Shown here piece by piece: positions 46,811-58,672 of a stretch of DNA of 64,000 bases. Below the pieces are notes generated by a model that made no database searches, was not told the DNA's origin, and saw nothing but the letters and a program-made list of their open reading frames with translations. The stretch's first letter is position 1. Every line of letters begins with the position of its first letter. The stretch spans positions 11,036,001 through 11,100,000 of the forward strand of contig NW_027361773.1 of assembly GCF_039654945.1 (NCBI RefSeq), in the 5' to 3' direction. Source of the stretch: Dendrobates tinctorius. Taxonomy: Eukaryota. The position numbers and the translations under genes are program-made.

Positions 46811-49800
46811 AACAGGATTTTTGGGTTGCTTACCGTAAAATCTGTTTCTCGGAGCCTTCATTGGGGGACACAGAGACCATGGGTGTATGCTGCTGCCACT
46901 AGGAGGCTGACACTATGCACAAAAAAAGGTTAGCTCCTCCTCCGCAGTGTACACCCTACCGACCGGCAGGAAGTTCCTCAGTTAGTGAGAAAGCAGTAGG
47001 AGAAGTAACAGAATAGATTGAAAACAGAACAGACAACTCAAACCAACCAACATAATAACAAGAGTTGTAGAACATGGGAGGGTGCTGTGTCCCCCAATGA
47101 AGGCTCCGAGAAACAGATTTTACGGTAAGCAACCCAAAAATCCTGTTTTCTCGTTCGCCTTATTGGGGGACACAGAGACCATGGGACGTCCCAAAGCAGT
47201 CCCTGGGGTGGGAAAAACAAACTTCCATCAGGCCAGCGGACTCACTACCGCAGCCTGCAGGATCCTTCTACCTAGGCTGGCATCTGCCGAAGCGTAGGTA
47301 TGGACCTTGTAGAATTTTACAAACGTGTGAACCGATGACCAGGTTGCAGCTTCGTAAAGCTGCAGCGCGGAAGCTCTGTGACGTACCACCTAGGAGGCAC
47401 CCACTGCCCGGGTAGAGTGCGCTCTAATTCCCGGAGGGACCACTCGTTGTTTGACCCGGTAGGCCTCCAAAATTGCCGATCTGATCCAGCGAGCAATAGT
47501 AGCTTTGGAGGCCGGGTGACCTTTCCGCGCCCCATCTGGAATGATGAAGAAAGAATCTGTCTTCGGCAAGAAGTCATCCTAGTTAGGTAGACATTCATCG
47601 CCCTGACCAAGTCCAGCTTGTTCAAGGACCGCTCCCGAGGGTGAGCTGGACCCGGACAAAAGGACGGGAGAACAATGTCATCATTCAGGTGGAAAGTGGA
47701 CACAATCTTAGGAAGGAAAGAGGGCGGAGGCCGCAGAACTACCTTGTCCTGGTAGAATACCAAGAGAGCGGCAAGAGAGGGCCGCCAATTCCGACGCGCG
47801 CCGGATGGAGGTGATGGCTGCCAGAAAGGCTACTTTCCACGAAAGGAGAGAAAGGGAAACATCCCAGAGAGGTTTAAAGGAAGGACCTTGCAGAACCTCG
47901 AGAACCAGATTAAGATCCCATGGATCTACGGGCGCTCGGTACGGAGGAACCATGTGAGCCACACCTTGACGGAAGGTTTTAACCTGAGGACGGGAGCCGT
48001 CTTCCGAAATAAAATGGACAGCGCCGACACTTGACCCTTTAAAGAGCTGAGGGCAAGACCCGCATCCAGCCCCGCTTGAAGGAACGCCAGGACAGAAGGG
48101 AGCGAAAAAAACACATGGGCGGAATGACATTGATCTCGCACCAAGTGAAATAGTTCTTCCAAGAACGGCAATAAATCTTGGAAGACAATAGCTTCCTGGC
48201 TCAGATCATGGTATGAATAACTCGATCGGAAAATCCTGATCGTTGCAAAACCTCAGCCTCAACAGCCACGCCGTTAAATTGAGCGGCCGAGAATTGGGGT
48301 GGCAAATCGGACCTTGAGACAGCAGATCTGCTCAGTCTGGAAGCTTCCAGAGGGTGTCCGCGAGAAGGTTGGCGATGTCCGCGAACCAATCCCTACTGGG
48401 CCAATTCGGGACGAAGAGGAGGACTGAAATTCCTTCCGCCTTGATTTTCTTCAGCCGCCTGGGAAGAAGAGGCAGGGGAGGAAACCGGTAGGGGAGCTCG
48501 AACTGTGACCAAGGAATGGCCAGAGCATTGGCGCCCACCGCGAGAGGATCTCGAGCCCTGGATACAAACTGTGGAACTTTTCTGTTGAGGCGAGAAGCTA
48601 GCAGAACTACGTCCGGGGTTCCCCACGACGGCAAGTTGAAGAAATACTTCCGGATGTAGGGACCACTCTCCCGCCGCGAGATCCTCGCGGCTGAGAAATC
48701 GGCGGCCCAATTGTCCACGCCGGGAATGTGTACCGCGGATATTGCCGGGACTGAAGCCTCCGCCCAATGAAGAATCTTGGACCTTTCTGCCAGGGCTGAG
48801 ACACTCCGCGTCCCTCCCTGGCGTGTGACATATGCCACCACCATGGCATTGTCTGACTGAATCCGGATAGGCAGTCCCCTGAGAAGTCTCTCCCAGTGAA
48901 CGAGAGACAGATAAATCGCTTGTATCTCGAGGACGTTGAATGGCAGGGCTGACTCCTGAGTTGACCAACGACCCTGAACAGTGATTGCGGAACACTGCCC
49001 CCCCAGCCGAGGAGGGTGGCATCCGTTGTCACAATCTGCCAGTGAAAGGGGAGGAATGACCGTCCTAGGGAGATGAGAGGAGACGTCAGCCACCAATTGA
49101 GGGACTGCTTGACATGGTTTGAAAGACGAAATGGGCGATCCAGGGAAAGGACAGACCTGTTCCACCGGGATAGGATGGCGAGTTGGAGAGGTCTGGAGTG
49201 AAAATGGGCAAAGGGGACCGCCTCTGTTGCCGCCACCATCTTTCCCAGGACTTTGATGGTCGTCCGGAGAGATGGAATTCTCATGAGCGGCCGCGATCGT
49301 ACATCCCGTTGCAGGGAGCCAATTTTCTCTTGAGGGAGAAAAACCCTCGATCGACGAGTGTCGAACAATAGACCCAGAAACACAAGACGTTGTGTCGGGA
49401 CAAGACAAGACTTCTTTTCGTTGATGAGCCACCCGAAATTGGTCAGGTAAGACTTTGGCGAGCTTGACGAAAGGATGGAGCTTTGATCAGAATGTCGTCG
49501 AGGTACGGAAAAAGAACGAGACCTCTGATTCTCCACCAGGCCATCAACGCCGCCATGATCTCTGTAAATGCTCTGGGTGCGGTGGCAAGACCGAATGGCA
49601 GTGCACAAAATTGATAATGTTCCTGGCGAATCGCAGGAATTTCTGATGCCCGGAGAATATGGGAACATGTAGATAGGCATCTTGAATGTCTATTGAACAC
49701 ATGAACTGCTGCGTCTCCATGGAAGCGATTAACCGAAGAAACTCCATTCGGAAATGACGCAGTCGGGCTCTCCTGTTGAGTAATTTGAGGTCGAAGATGG

Positions 49801-52645
49801 GGCGAACTGTCCCGCCTTTGTTCGGCACCACGAACAGGTTTGAAGAAAACCCTGTGAAACATTCTGATTCGGGAACGGGCACAATCACCCCGGAACTGAG
49901 GAGAGAGGCGATGGATGCAAGAACCCCGGAACTAAGGCTGGATCTTTTGGAGGACGGGACTCGAAGAAGCGATCCCGTGGATGAGAAATGAACTCTATCT
50001 TGTACCCTGAAGATACAAGCTCCCTGACCCAAGCGTCCTCTACTGAGGCCAGCCAGGTATCCCTGAAGAAATGGAGTCGACCTCCCAATTGGGAGGGACC
50101 CTCGGGAGTTCGTTGACAGTCATGCTGACGTGGACCATCCAGATCTGGACCTGGAGGGTCTGCCCTGGGAGGAGTGAGATCGCCAGGAGGGAGTGGGTCT
50201 GAAGGACACCGTCTTTCTATCCTGGCGTACCTGTGGTCTTTGTTGGTTAGAGAAGTTCTCTGCCGTATTGAAGCGGCGGTAAGCCCGAAAGGGCCGAAAC
50301 TGACGCCTTGGCGGGGGTCTGCGAGGTTTGGACTGAGGGAGGAGAGAACTCGTGCCTCCAGTGGCGTCCTTAATAATCTGGTCCAGCTGGGACCCAAAGA
50401 GATGCGCTCCATGAATAGGCAGATAGGTAAGAGACTTTTTAGAAGACAAGTCCGCCTGCCAAGCCTTGAGCAAAATTGTACGTCGGATTGCCACAACGTT
50501 GCTTGACGCCTGAACAGCGCGAGACGCGGCATCCAAGGAAGCAGAAAGCAGATAATCCCCTGCATGGGAAATCTGGTTGGCCAGATCGGTCAATTGCTCT
50601 GGTTGGGCCTTATCTAGGATGCCCTTATGGAGATCCTCTGCCCAAGTGGCTATGGCCTTTGCCACCCAAGATGAGGCAAAGACTGGACATAGCGCCGCTG
50701 CAGCCGCCGCGAATGCTGACTTTGCCAAGGATTCTATAATTCTATCATTAGAATCCTTTAGTGACGCTACACCTGAAAGCGGGAGAACCGTGTTATTAGA
50801 AAGTCTGGACACGGGTGCGTCCACCGACAGGGAAGCAGACCAGTTGTCAGAGAGCTCTTTAGCCAACGGATACAGCACGCCGAGACGCTTCCCTCTTTGA
50901 AAACGCCTGGACGGATTTTCTCTTTCCCTGGCAAGGATCTTGCCAAACTCAGAGTGGAAGGCGAATACCCTGGATGGTGTTTGTGCCCGTCTGAACGAAA
51001 CCTCCTGATCTGAGGATTTCGCAGGGGAGTCCGATATTTCGAAGGTGTGGTTAATCGCAGCAATGAGGTGCTGTACCGTAACCTTCATGTCCGCGTCCTG
51101 GTCAGAATCCAGCTCTAAAATCCCTTCAGAGGACATATCCGAGAACGCTTCACCTGACTCGGGTGAGGAGGCACGGGAGGGCGACTGCTGGGAAGGACTA
51201 GGTGCCGATGAGAGACCAGGAGAGGATTCCAGCCGTGGATCCTGCCTGGGCCTTTCGCGGCATCTGCTAGCTGGCTCAGATGGAACGTCTTGCGACCTGC
51301 TGGACCCTGCAGAAGTGTCCAGGGGCAACTTATCAAGAACGGCCAACTAGGGACTGAGACACCCTGGTGAGGTCTGCCACAGATTGTGAAAGGGACGAGG
51401 CCCAGCCAGGAATGGGGGGTTCGATTTCACGTGGGGCAGTAGATGGCTCCTGGACGGCATCCTGCTGAACGGGATTGCTGCAGTCCCGGCAGAGGCGAAT
51501 TTGCGATTGCAAGAGGAGCATGCGAAAAAAAAAAAAAAAATCTGCGGAAGTGCTGGAGGGTAGGGGGACAGCAAGGCAGGGTAGGGTGTCAGTCTGCAGT
51601 TGCAGAACTACTCACGGTCCGGTGTCCCCGAAAGATGGCATCTGCTGTAGTCTCCAGCTGTCAGGCTGCAAAGATGGCGGCAGCCTGATGTGAGGAATCA
51701 AAAACGCAGTCTCTGTGTAAGAAGAAAGGCGGAGCTAGCCGCCTGCACCAGAGGGAAGAACCGCCTCCTCCCCCTTCCCAGCCACAAGACTAGAGAGGCG
51801 GTGGGAGGGCTTAGGAACGGGCGGGAGCGCAGCCGGCCTATGATAATGAACGGGGGGCGTGGCCGCGACGGGTGCAAAGGCCCAAACTGAAGCCGGGGAC
51901 TAAATTTGAAACGGCGGCCCCTGTCAGCACAGCGCGGCGCGGAAGAATTGCGACGCAGCCGCGTCCGCCCCTAAAGGAGACGCCGCCATAGCCCTGCTCC
52001 CAGACGCAACCCTCACAAGAATACCGGCGGTGGGGTGAAGAAGGCCCGCACCGCCGCCGGGGCCAAAAAGGGATGCGACGACCATCGGACGGCGCGAGCA
52101 GTGCGAGAATCTGCGGCGCTACTTTGGCGCCGCTCCCGGGTCATCTTGTGGCTTTATGTTCCGGTGCTCCAATAAAGGTACCTTCTGTATCCCACGCTGT
52201 CTGCTCATCTTCTACATATTCGCGCCTCGTCCAACCGACAGGCTCTGGTGGGCGAGTGGGTGGGAGGCGGGGGGCAAGGACCATCTGTTTTCGCTGGCAC
52301 GACACCTGTGCTCAGCCTGTGGTCCGCCCGGAGAACTAAGAGGATACGGGGTGGCAGTACACGCCGTACTCATAGCCTCTTTGTGGGAGTACAGTTGTGA
52401 CTCTTCACACAGTATCCCTCCTGGAACCTGAAAAGGAACAACGCACATCGAGGTAGATATGGGTCTAATGAAAGTCCCGTGTCCACCTCCTACTGACACT
52501 AAGCTAAACTGAGGAACTTCCTGCCGGTCGGTAGGGTGTACACTGCGGAGGAGGAGCTAACCTTTTTTTGTGCATAGTGTCAGCCTCCTAGTGGCAGCAG
52601 CATACACCCATGGTCTCTGTGTCCCCCAATAAGGCGAACGAGAAA
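46811..52645 (-). mobile_element. Second DIRS1-like retrotransposon, full length but decayed (DIRS-B, different family)
   Basis: ITRs 46860-46983 / 52508-52630; ICR 47085-47186; fragmented gag (50120..51346), RT (LPFGL, YLDD), RNase H/MT and YR (TSIRRASEL) ORFs. Confidence 0.95.
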
Positions 52646-52921
52646 TCACAATTTTCAAAATATTAATTTTTACGCCTTTAAAACAGATCGTACAACTGAA
52701 CAAAGTAGTTAATAAAAAAGATTTACCACGTCTACTTTACATCAGTATCATTTTTTTAAAAACCTTTTTGTTAGGATCTTAGAATTTTTCCTTTTTGCTC
52801 AATGAAATTTACAAAACCTATTTATTTATTTATTTAGGGACCATGACACATTTAAAGTGACTTTGAGGAGCCGAAGTGTGAGAGAACCTCCTAACAAGAC
52901 CCAATTTTAAAAACTGCTTAA

Positions 52922-53793
52922 GGCTGTGTGCCCACGTAGCGATTTTTAAGCGTTTTTGCCGCGATTTTCGGCGCAAAAACGTTTAAAAATCGTGTACAGA
53001 ACGCACCCCATGCATTCCTATGGCATTCCGCACATGCTGTGCTAATGCTGCGCTTTTTTCCGCGGCGGAATCGCATCGCGTAAAAAAAATCGCAGCATGA
53101 TCATTCTTTTGTGCGGAATCGCAAAGAATTGCCGCGATTCCGCACCCATAGGAATGCATGAGAATCGCTTACTTCCCGCATGTGGCTATGCCCACCATGC
53201 GGGAAGTTAAGCGTCTCATGTGAGGTTGGTATCCACGGTGTGGAGGAGAGGAGACTGTCCTCCAGGCCCTGGGTACCATACCCCTGTAAAAAAAAAAAAA
53301 AAGAATAAAAAATAAAAAAATCGGGGTATATTTACCTTCCGGTGTCCCGCGCTGCATTCCCGGCCTAAGCGTTCCCAGTAATGCCTTGCGGCAAGGCCCT
53401 GTAATGACGTGGTCTCGCTATAGCAACGTCATCACAGGTCTCGCAAGGCATTACTGGGAACGCTGTGGCCCGGGATGGCAGCGCGGGACGCCGGAAGGTA
53501 AATATACCCCAATTTTTTTATTTTTTTTTAGCATTTTAACATTCTATCTTTTACTATTGATGCCGCATAGGCGGCCTCAATAGTAAAAACCTGGTCACAC
53601 TTGTCAAACACTATGTTTGACGAGTGTGACCAACCTGTCAATCACTTTCCAAGCGATGCTTCAAATCGCTTGGAAAGTGCTTGAATATCGCACGCGAAAA
53701 TCGCGGTAAAATCGCTCGGAAAAAAACGCGCGATTTCTGGGAAGGAGTCCGGTTTTTAGTGAGCGTTTTAAAATGCTACGTGGGCACATAGCC
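52922..53793. mobile_element. Harbinger-type MITE
   Basis: TAA TSD; ggctgtgtgcccacgtagc / gctacgtgggcacatagcc. Confidence 0.87.
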
Positions 53794-54431
53794 TAAAGTT
53801 TGTTCACCCTTCAGTTGCTTCATAGAAATTAGAGCAGGGGTTCCCAACCTGGAGCTCGGGAGCCACATGTGGCTCGCGGTCCCATGAATTGTGGCTCGCG
53901 GCTGCCTGCCAGCTTGGTGCATTAGCTCCAGGTCTAGCAAACAGGTAGGAAGAGCAAATCTAAAAATGGTGAATTTTGTGAGTAGCCCTGCACAGAAGTG
54001 CAGATCTGATGCACATATACTGGTCTTGGGGGTTTTGATTTAATTTAACTACGGTACGCTGGAGACAGGATGATACTACCTGTGAAATGAGGTGCTTGAA
54101 GCAACAGTGTGTTAGGAGTGGTTGATGGGAGCAAATTGAATGAGGGAATTGTGGAGACCTCTGGATCTTGTTTTATTGCTCCGGGGTGATTTCTTTGAAA
54201 AAGCTTTGGTTATCATTATACCCGTAATGGTGGCTCTGGTTGCCACTACTGTGAGATGCAAATAAAGAAGTTTCAGGGCGCTTCCTTCAGAGGATCTTTG
54301 ACCCAATTTGGAGCAAGAAGGTTATAAAGCCAAATAACTGAGTATCTCTGATGTTAAATCAGATGATATTTCATTGGCTAAGTCAAATGCAAAATTTTTT
54401 AAAAAACAATTAAAACATTTTTTGTTATAAA

Positions 54432-54472
54432 AAAACAACGCATTTCGGCCGTGTAGGCCTTCATCAGGTGTA
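54432..54472 (-). ncRNA. Minimal hammerhead ribozyme motif in a Penelope pLTR
   Basis: Minus strand reads CTGATGA-A-GGCC-TACAC-GGCC-GAAA-TGCGTT. Confidence 0.7.
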
Positions 54473-54805
54473 TAAAAAATTATTTTGTTGTAAGCTATTT
54501 ATACCCCATTTTCCTTGCTACTGGGTGTGGTTATAATAACTGAGGAACCAATCACTAATTATCAAACTCTTTAGCAGTTAAAATACATATATTGTAACTT
54601 CATCCCCAATAAAAGAATGTTGTGCACACATATTAAATAACATCATCCCTCCTTCAGGGTTAAAACAGTATATCTGTAAATTTCAGGCAATCAGACATGT
54701 CACTGTACATGTTCCACAAAAAAAAAAAAAAGAAAAAAAAAAACTGTTCATATGCCTGATTAAACACCTCTCTTCTCTTGGTGCAAGCAGTCAGGCGGTA
54801 AACTA

Positions 54806-56388
54806 AACTGTGTTCCAAATTATTATGCCAAAAGATTTTAGGAGTGATAAGATTAGAATTTTTTTGTTTGTCATTTAAACTCATTGATGGTGATGTGTGT
54901 CAGGGCTCTTTATATCACTGAAAGCAATTGCAGATACCTGTGCAAATTGGTTTGGCAGGTGTGTCCAAATAAAGGCAAGACTACTTAAGAAGGCTGTTCC
55001 ATATTATTAAGCAGCCTACATTTTTTTACAAAATGGGAAAGAAAAAGGATGTGTCGGCTGCTGAGATGCAACAAATTGTGGAGTATTTAGGTCAAGGCAT
55101 GACTACAATCAACATTGCCAAGACACTTCACAGTGATCATCGCACAATCAAGAAGTATGTAGCTGATTCCCAGCACACACGTGTGCGTGCTGATAAGGAA
55201 AAATTGAGGACTCTTTCCAACAGGCAATTGCGTCAGGTTAAAAGAGCAGCTGCAAAAATGCCTTGTCATAGCAGCAGACAAGTTTTTGAAGCTGCTGGTG
55301 CCTCCAACGTCCCCCGAACAACAAGATGCAGGGTCCTTCAGAGGTTTGCAGCTGTGCATAAGCCATCCTGTCGACCACCTCTATCCACTGCACACAAGCA
55401 GAAACGGCTCCAGTGGGCTAAACGATACATGAAGACTGACTTCCAAACTGTTTTGTTCCCCGATGAGTGCCGTGCAACGCTCGATGGTCCAGATAGATGG
55501 AGTGGAGGATGGCTGGTTGATGGACACTCCATGAAAATACGGCTAAGGCGCCAACAAGGAGGAGGTGGAGTAATGTTTTGGGCTGGAATCATGGGGAGAG
55601 AGGTTGTCGACCCCTTTAGGATCCCTGAAGGGGTAAAGAAGAACTCCATAATCTATGTGGAGTTTCTAAAACAGCACTTCCTGCCATGGTTCAAGAGGAA
55701 GAACCGTGCTTTCTGCAGCAAAATCATTTTCATGCATGATAATGCACCGTCTCATGCTGCAAACACCACATCTGCATCTCTGGCTGCTATGGGCATAAAA
55801 GAGGACAAACTTATGGTGCGGCCACCATCTTCCCCTGACCTCAACCCCATTGAGAACCTCTGGAGCACAATCAAAAGGAGTGTCTATGATGGCGGGAGGC
55901 AGTTCACATCTAAGCAACAGCTCTGGGAGGGTATTCTGTCCACATGCAAAAAAAATTGAAGAACAAACCATCCAAAAACTGACAAATTCAAGGACGAGAG
56001 AGTTCAGAAGCTTCTTTCGAACAAGGGGTCCTATGTGCAAGTGTAACATCACCTAGAATAAAGTTTTGACTTGAAAACTGTTTGATTTCATTTTGTAATA
56101 AGCTGATAAGGCTTATAATTTCACAATTGACCATTTTTTTTGTTCAAAATAAAAATAAAAAGGTTGAAAACTCTGCTGTGCATAATAATTTGGAACATGC
56201 ATTTTGAGTGTATCTTATTATTATTCTTATTTCTTTAAAAATATACTGTTTTCATAGGCAGTTTGTTCAAAAACATTGCAATTATACTAGAATATTAGAT
56301 GACTAGAAAATAACAATGACTGCAATTCATATAGGTAATTTAGAGAAAATATGAGGAAATATTTTTTGCATAATAATTTGTAACAGTG
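54806..56388 (+). mobile_element. Tc1-like DD37E (TRT-type) transposon
   Basis: TIR actgtgttccaaattattatgc / gcataataatttgtaacagtg-TA. Confidence 0.9.
55033..55959 (+). CDS. DD37E transposase, 308 aa; C-terminus frameshifted at an A-run
   Basis: DECRATLDGPD, RRQQGGGGVMFW, HDNA...NPIE with 37 residues between D and E. Confidence 0.88.
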   Translation: MGKKKDVSAAEMQQIVEYLGQGMTTINIAKTLHSDHRTIKKYVADSQHTRVRADKEKLRTLSNRQLRQVKRAAAKMPCHSSRQVFEAAGASNVPRTTRCRVLQRFAAVHKPSCRPPLSTAHKQKRLQWAKRYMKTDFQTVLFPDECRATLDGPDRWSGGWLVDGHSMKIRLRRQQGGGGVMFWAGIMGREVVDPFRIPEGVKKNSIIYVEFLKQHFLPWFKRKNRAFCSKIIFMHDNAPSHAANTTSASLAAMGIKEDKLMVRPPSSPDLNPIENLWSTIKRSVYDGGRQFTSKQQLWEGILSTCKKN

Positions 56389-58011
56389 TAGAAGCACTGC
56401 AGGTACTAAAGATCATAAATAAATAACAAAAAAAATATATTAAAAAAAAATCACTAAAAAAAAGTTAAAAAAAAAAAAAAAATAATTTCAAAAAGGTTTT
56501 TTCTTTCTTTTTTTTTCTTCTTTCTCTTCCTTTCCCCTCCTTTCCGCCTCCCTTCCAAAGAAATTAAAAAAAGGAAAAACAAGACAAAGGGGGAATCTAT
56601 TGATTGATCTATACGAGATCAGAGATCTCATTCCATCAGGGTACAGACTGCCAAGTCTGTATATCCAATAGGACTCTTTGGCATGAAGAGCTGCTTTTCT
56701 GTTTCTCATTGCTGCAGGTATTTATTCTATTGGCGTGACCTTTATACATTCAAAGTTTTTGTTATGAATAAGAGTGATGTGCTTAGATAAACTTTGTTTT
56801 AAAAACCCTATTTTCCATATTTAAAAATTCCTTTTTTCTCATTTTTTGGACAGATGGCACATTTATTGGTATTGGTTTTTTTGGGGGGGGTGTAAATAAC
56901 TAGGTGCTATATAATTTTTAATCGTTCTACCTCTTCTAAAGACAATATTAGGTCTTTTTGGGATAAGATCTTTGAGTATTGGGTCTTTCCTCAGTAAGTA
57001 CCAATATTTTTCAAAAATGCAGCGGATGGATTGGTGGCTTTTATTGTAGGTGGTAATGAAGCTATATTTCCACTTTGCTGTGCTATCCATAGCATCATGT
57101 TTTGAGGAATGTTTTTTCAAGCAATCATCCTGTGCGAGAGTGAGATTGCGCTGATATGCAGCATGTACTAGTGGTTTTGGATACCTTTTTTTCTTTAAAC
57201 CTGGAAAGTAAAACCTGTGATTGTTGTACATAATCTGTATTGGCGTCTAATACGACAGAATTGACTGGATGGAATATTCGTCTTCCATTTAGAGTGGTGT
57301 GAACTTAAAAAATCCAAATAGCCATTAGTGTCAACTGGTTTAAAATGAGTTCGGCTTTTGGCAGCACACCGGTGGAAGGATCACCCTTGTTTGCAAACTG
57401 TTCCCAGTGTTGTGCCTCTTTGCACAACCACACAAGGTGAGCAAGTTTTAAGTTGTATTTTTCTCACCAAACTGAATGGACTCATCCACTACGCTTAGAT
57501 AGCGCTCGCCTTTTTTCCCCCTCTTCCTTTCTTTCCCAGGACCTTATTCACTACTGTGAGGTGGGCAGGAGCTGGATGAGGCTCGCAACCCTCTCTCAGA
57601 GCTGAATGTGGCTCTCTAGGTCAGAAAGGTTGGGGACCACTGAATTAAAGCAAAGTGGAAGGAAAAAAATATAAAGTTATTTTTTTCCCACAAAAATGTT
57701 ACTTTAGCCCCAAATGTTTCATATTCACAAGGGTAGCAGAGGAAATTTCATTGAGAATTTATCTAGGAGTAGAGTGAACAGTTTGGACCCCCATTGCTGT
57801 TTACAAGAGCTTATAACATTGGGATGTGAAAACAAATTTTTTCTTTTTTTTTTTTTTTTTTTTAACATGAAAATAATGCTTTAGCACCTTCATTTTTCAT
57901 TTTCACAAGGGAAATTGCAGAAGAAATCGTGCGGTCCATTTTCTCCTGTTTATGGCAGTTTGTGGTCAGCAAGGCTGGGACAATGGATAGGCAGGAGTAG
58001 GCTGTTGCTTA

Positions 58012-58306
58012 GGCTGTGTGCACACGCTGCGGATTTTGCTGCGGTTCCGCAGCGGTTTTGGCCGCTGCGGACCCGCAGCAGTTTTTGCTGCGGTGTACAG
58101 TACCATGATTCCCTATGGGAATCAAAAACCGCAGTGCAGACGGTGCGGAATTTTCCGCGCGGATTATCTGCGGTTTTCAATCCGCAGAAAGAATTGACAT
58201 GTCAATTCTTTCTGCGGATTCTCCTGCGGTTTGCCATCTCCTCTATTGATTTAACAAAATCCGCGCGGATGAATCCGCACATAATCCGCAGCGTGTGCAC
58301 ACAGCC
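58012..58306. mobile_element. Harbinger-type palindromic MITE
   Basis: TTA TSD; ggctgtgtgcacacgctgcgg TIR; a related truncated copy starts at 58768. Confidence 0.87.
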
Positions 58307-58380
58307 TTAGGACGTCACCTAGCTTTGTAGAAACCATAGGGGGAAAAAACTAAAAAATATACCAGCTCACCAGATCTTAA

Positions 58381-58672
58381 AGGGAATCTGTCACCCTATT
58401 TTTCGCCTTTCAGCTGCCGACACCGACATCAGGTCAGAGCAGTGTGCCTGCGCAGGAGCCACGACAGGCAGCAAAGAAGAAGACATCACCATTAGAAGGG
58501 AGGCGCCGGACCGCAACACCCATCGGACAAGACCGGACCGCCCCCAGTAAGTATAATCTCTTTTTTTCTTCTCTTTCAGGTTATACCGTGGGCTTATCTA
58601 CAGCATTACAGAATGCTGTAAATAAGCCCCTGATGTCGGTGCCGGCAGCTGATATAGGGTGACAAGTTCCCT
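58381..58672. mobile_element. Kolobok-type MITE, deletion derivative of the 44275 family
   Basis: TTAA TSD; same TIR and right-arm sequence as the 44275 copy. Confidence 0.85.

Larger units (their letters stand above)
54390..57352 (-). mobile_element. Penelope-like element, 5'-truncated (RT C-terminus, GIY-YIG end, pLTR), split by Tc1
   Basis: FKPVDTNGYLDFLSSHH..NIP.SQF near 57250-57345; IVFRRGRTIKN; ESYWIYRLGSLYPDG; hammerhead motif near 54440. Confidence 0.85.
53835..57642. mobile_element. Non-autonomous hAT element hosting nested Penelope-like and Tc1 insertions
   Basis: TIR caggggttcccaacct / aggttggggaccactg; TSD aattagag / aattaaag. Confidence 0.78.
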
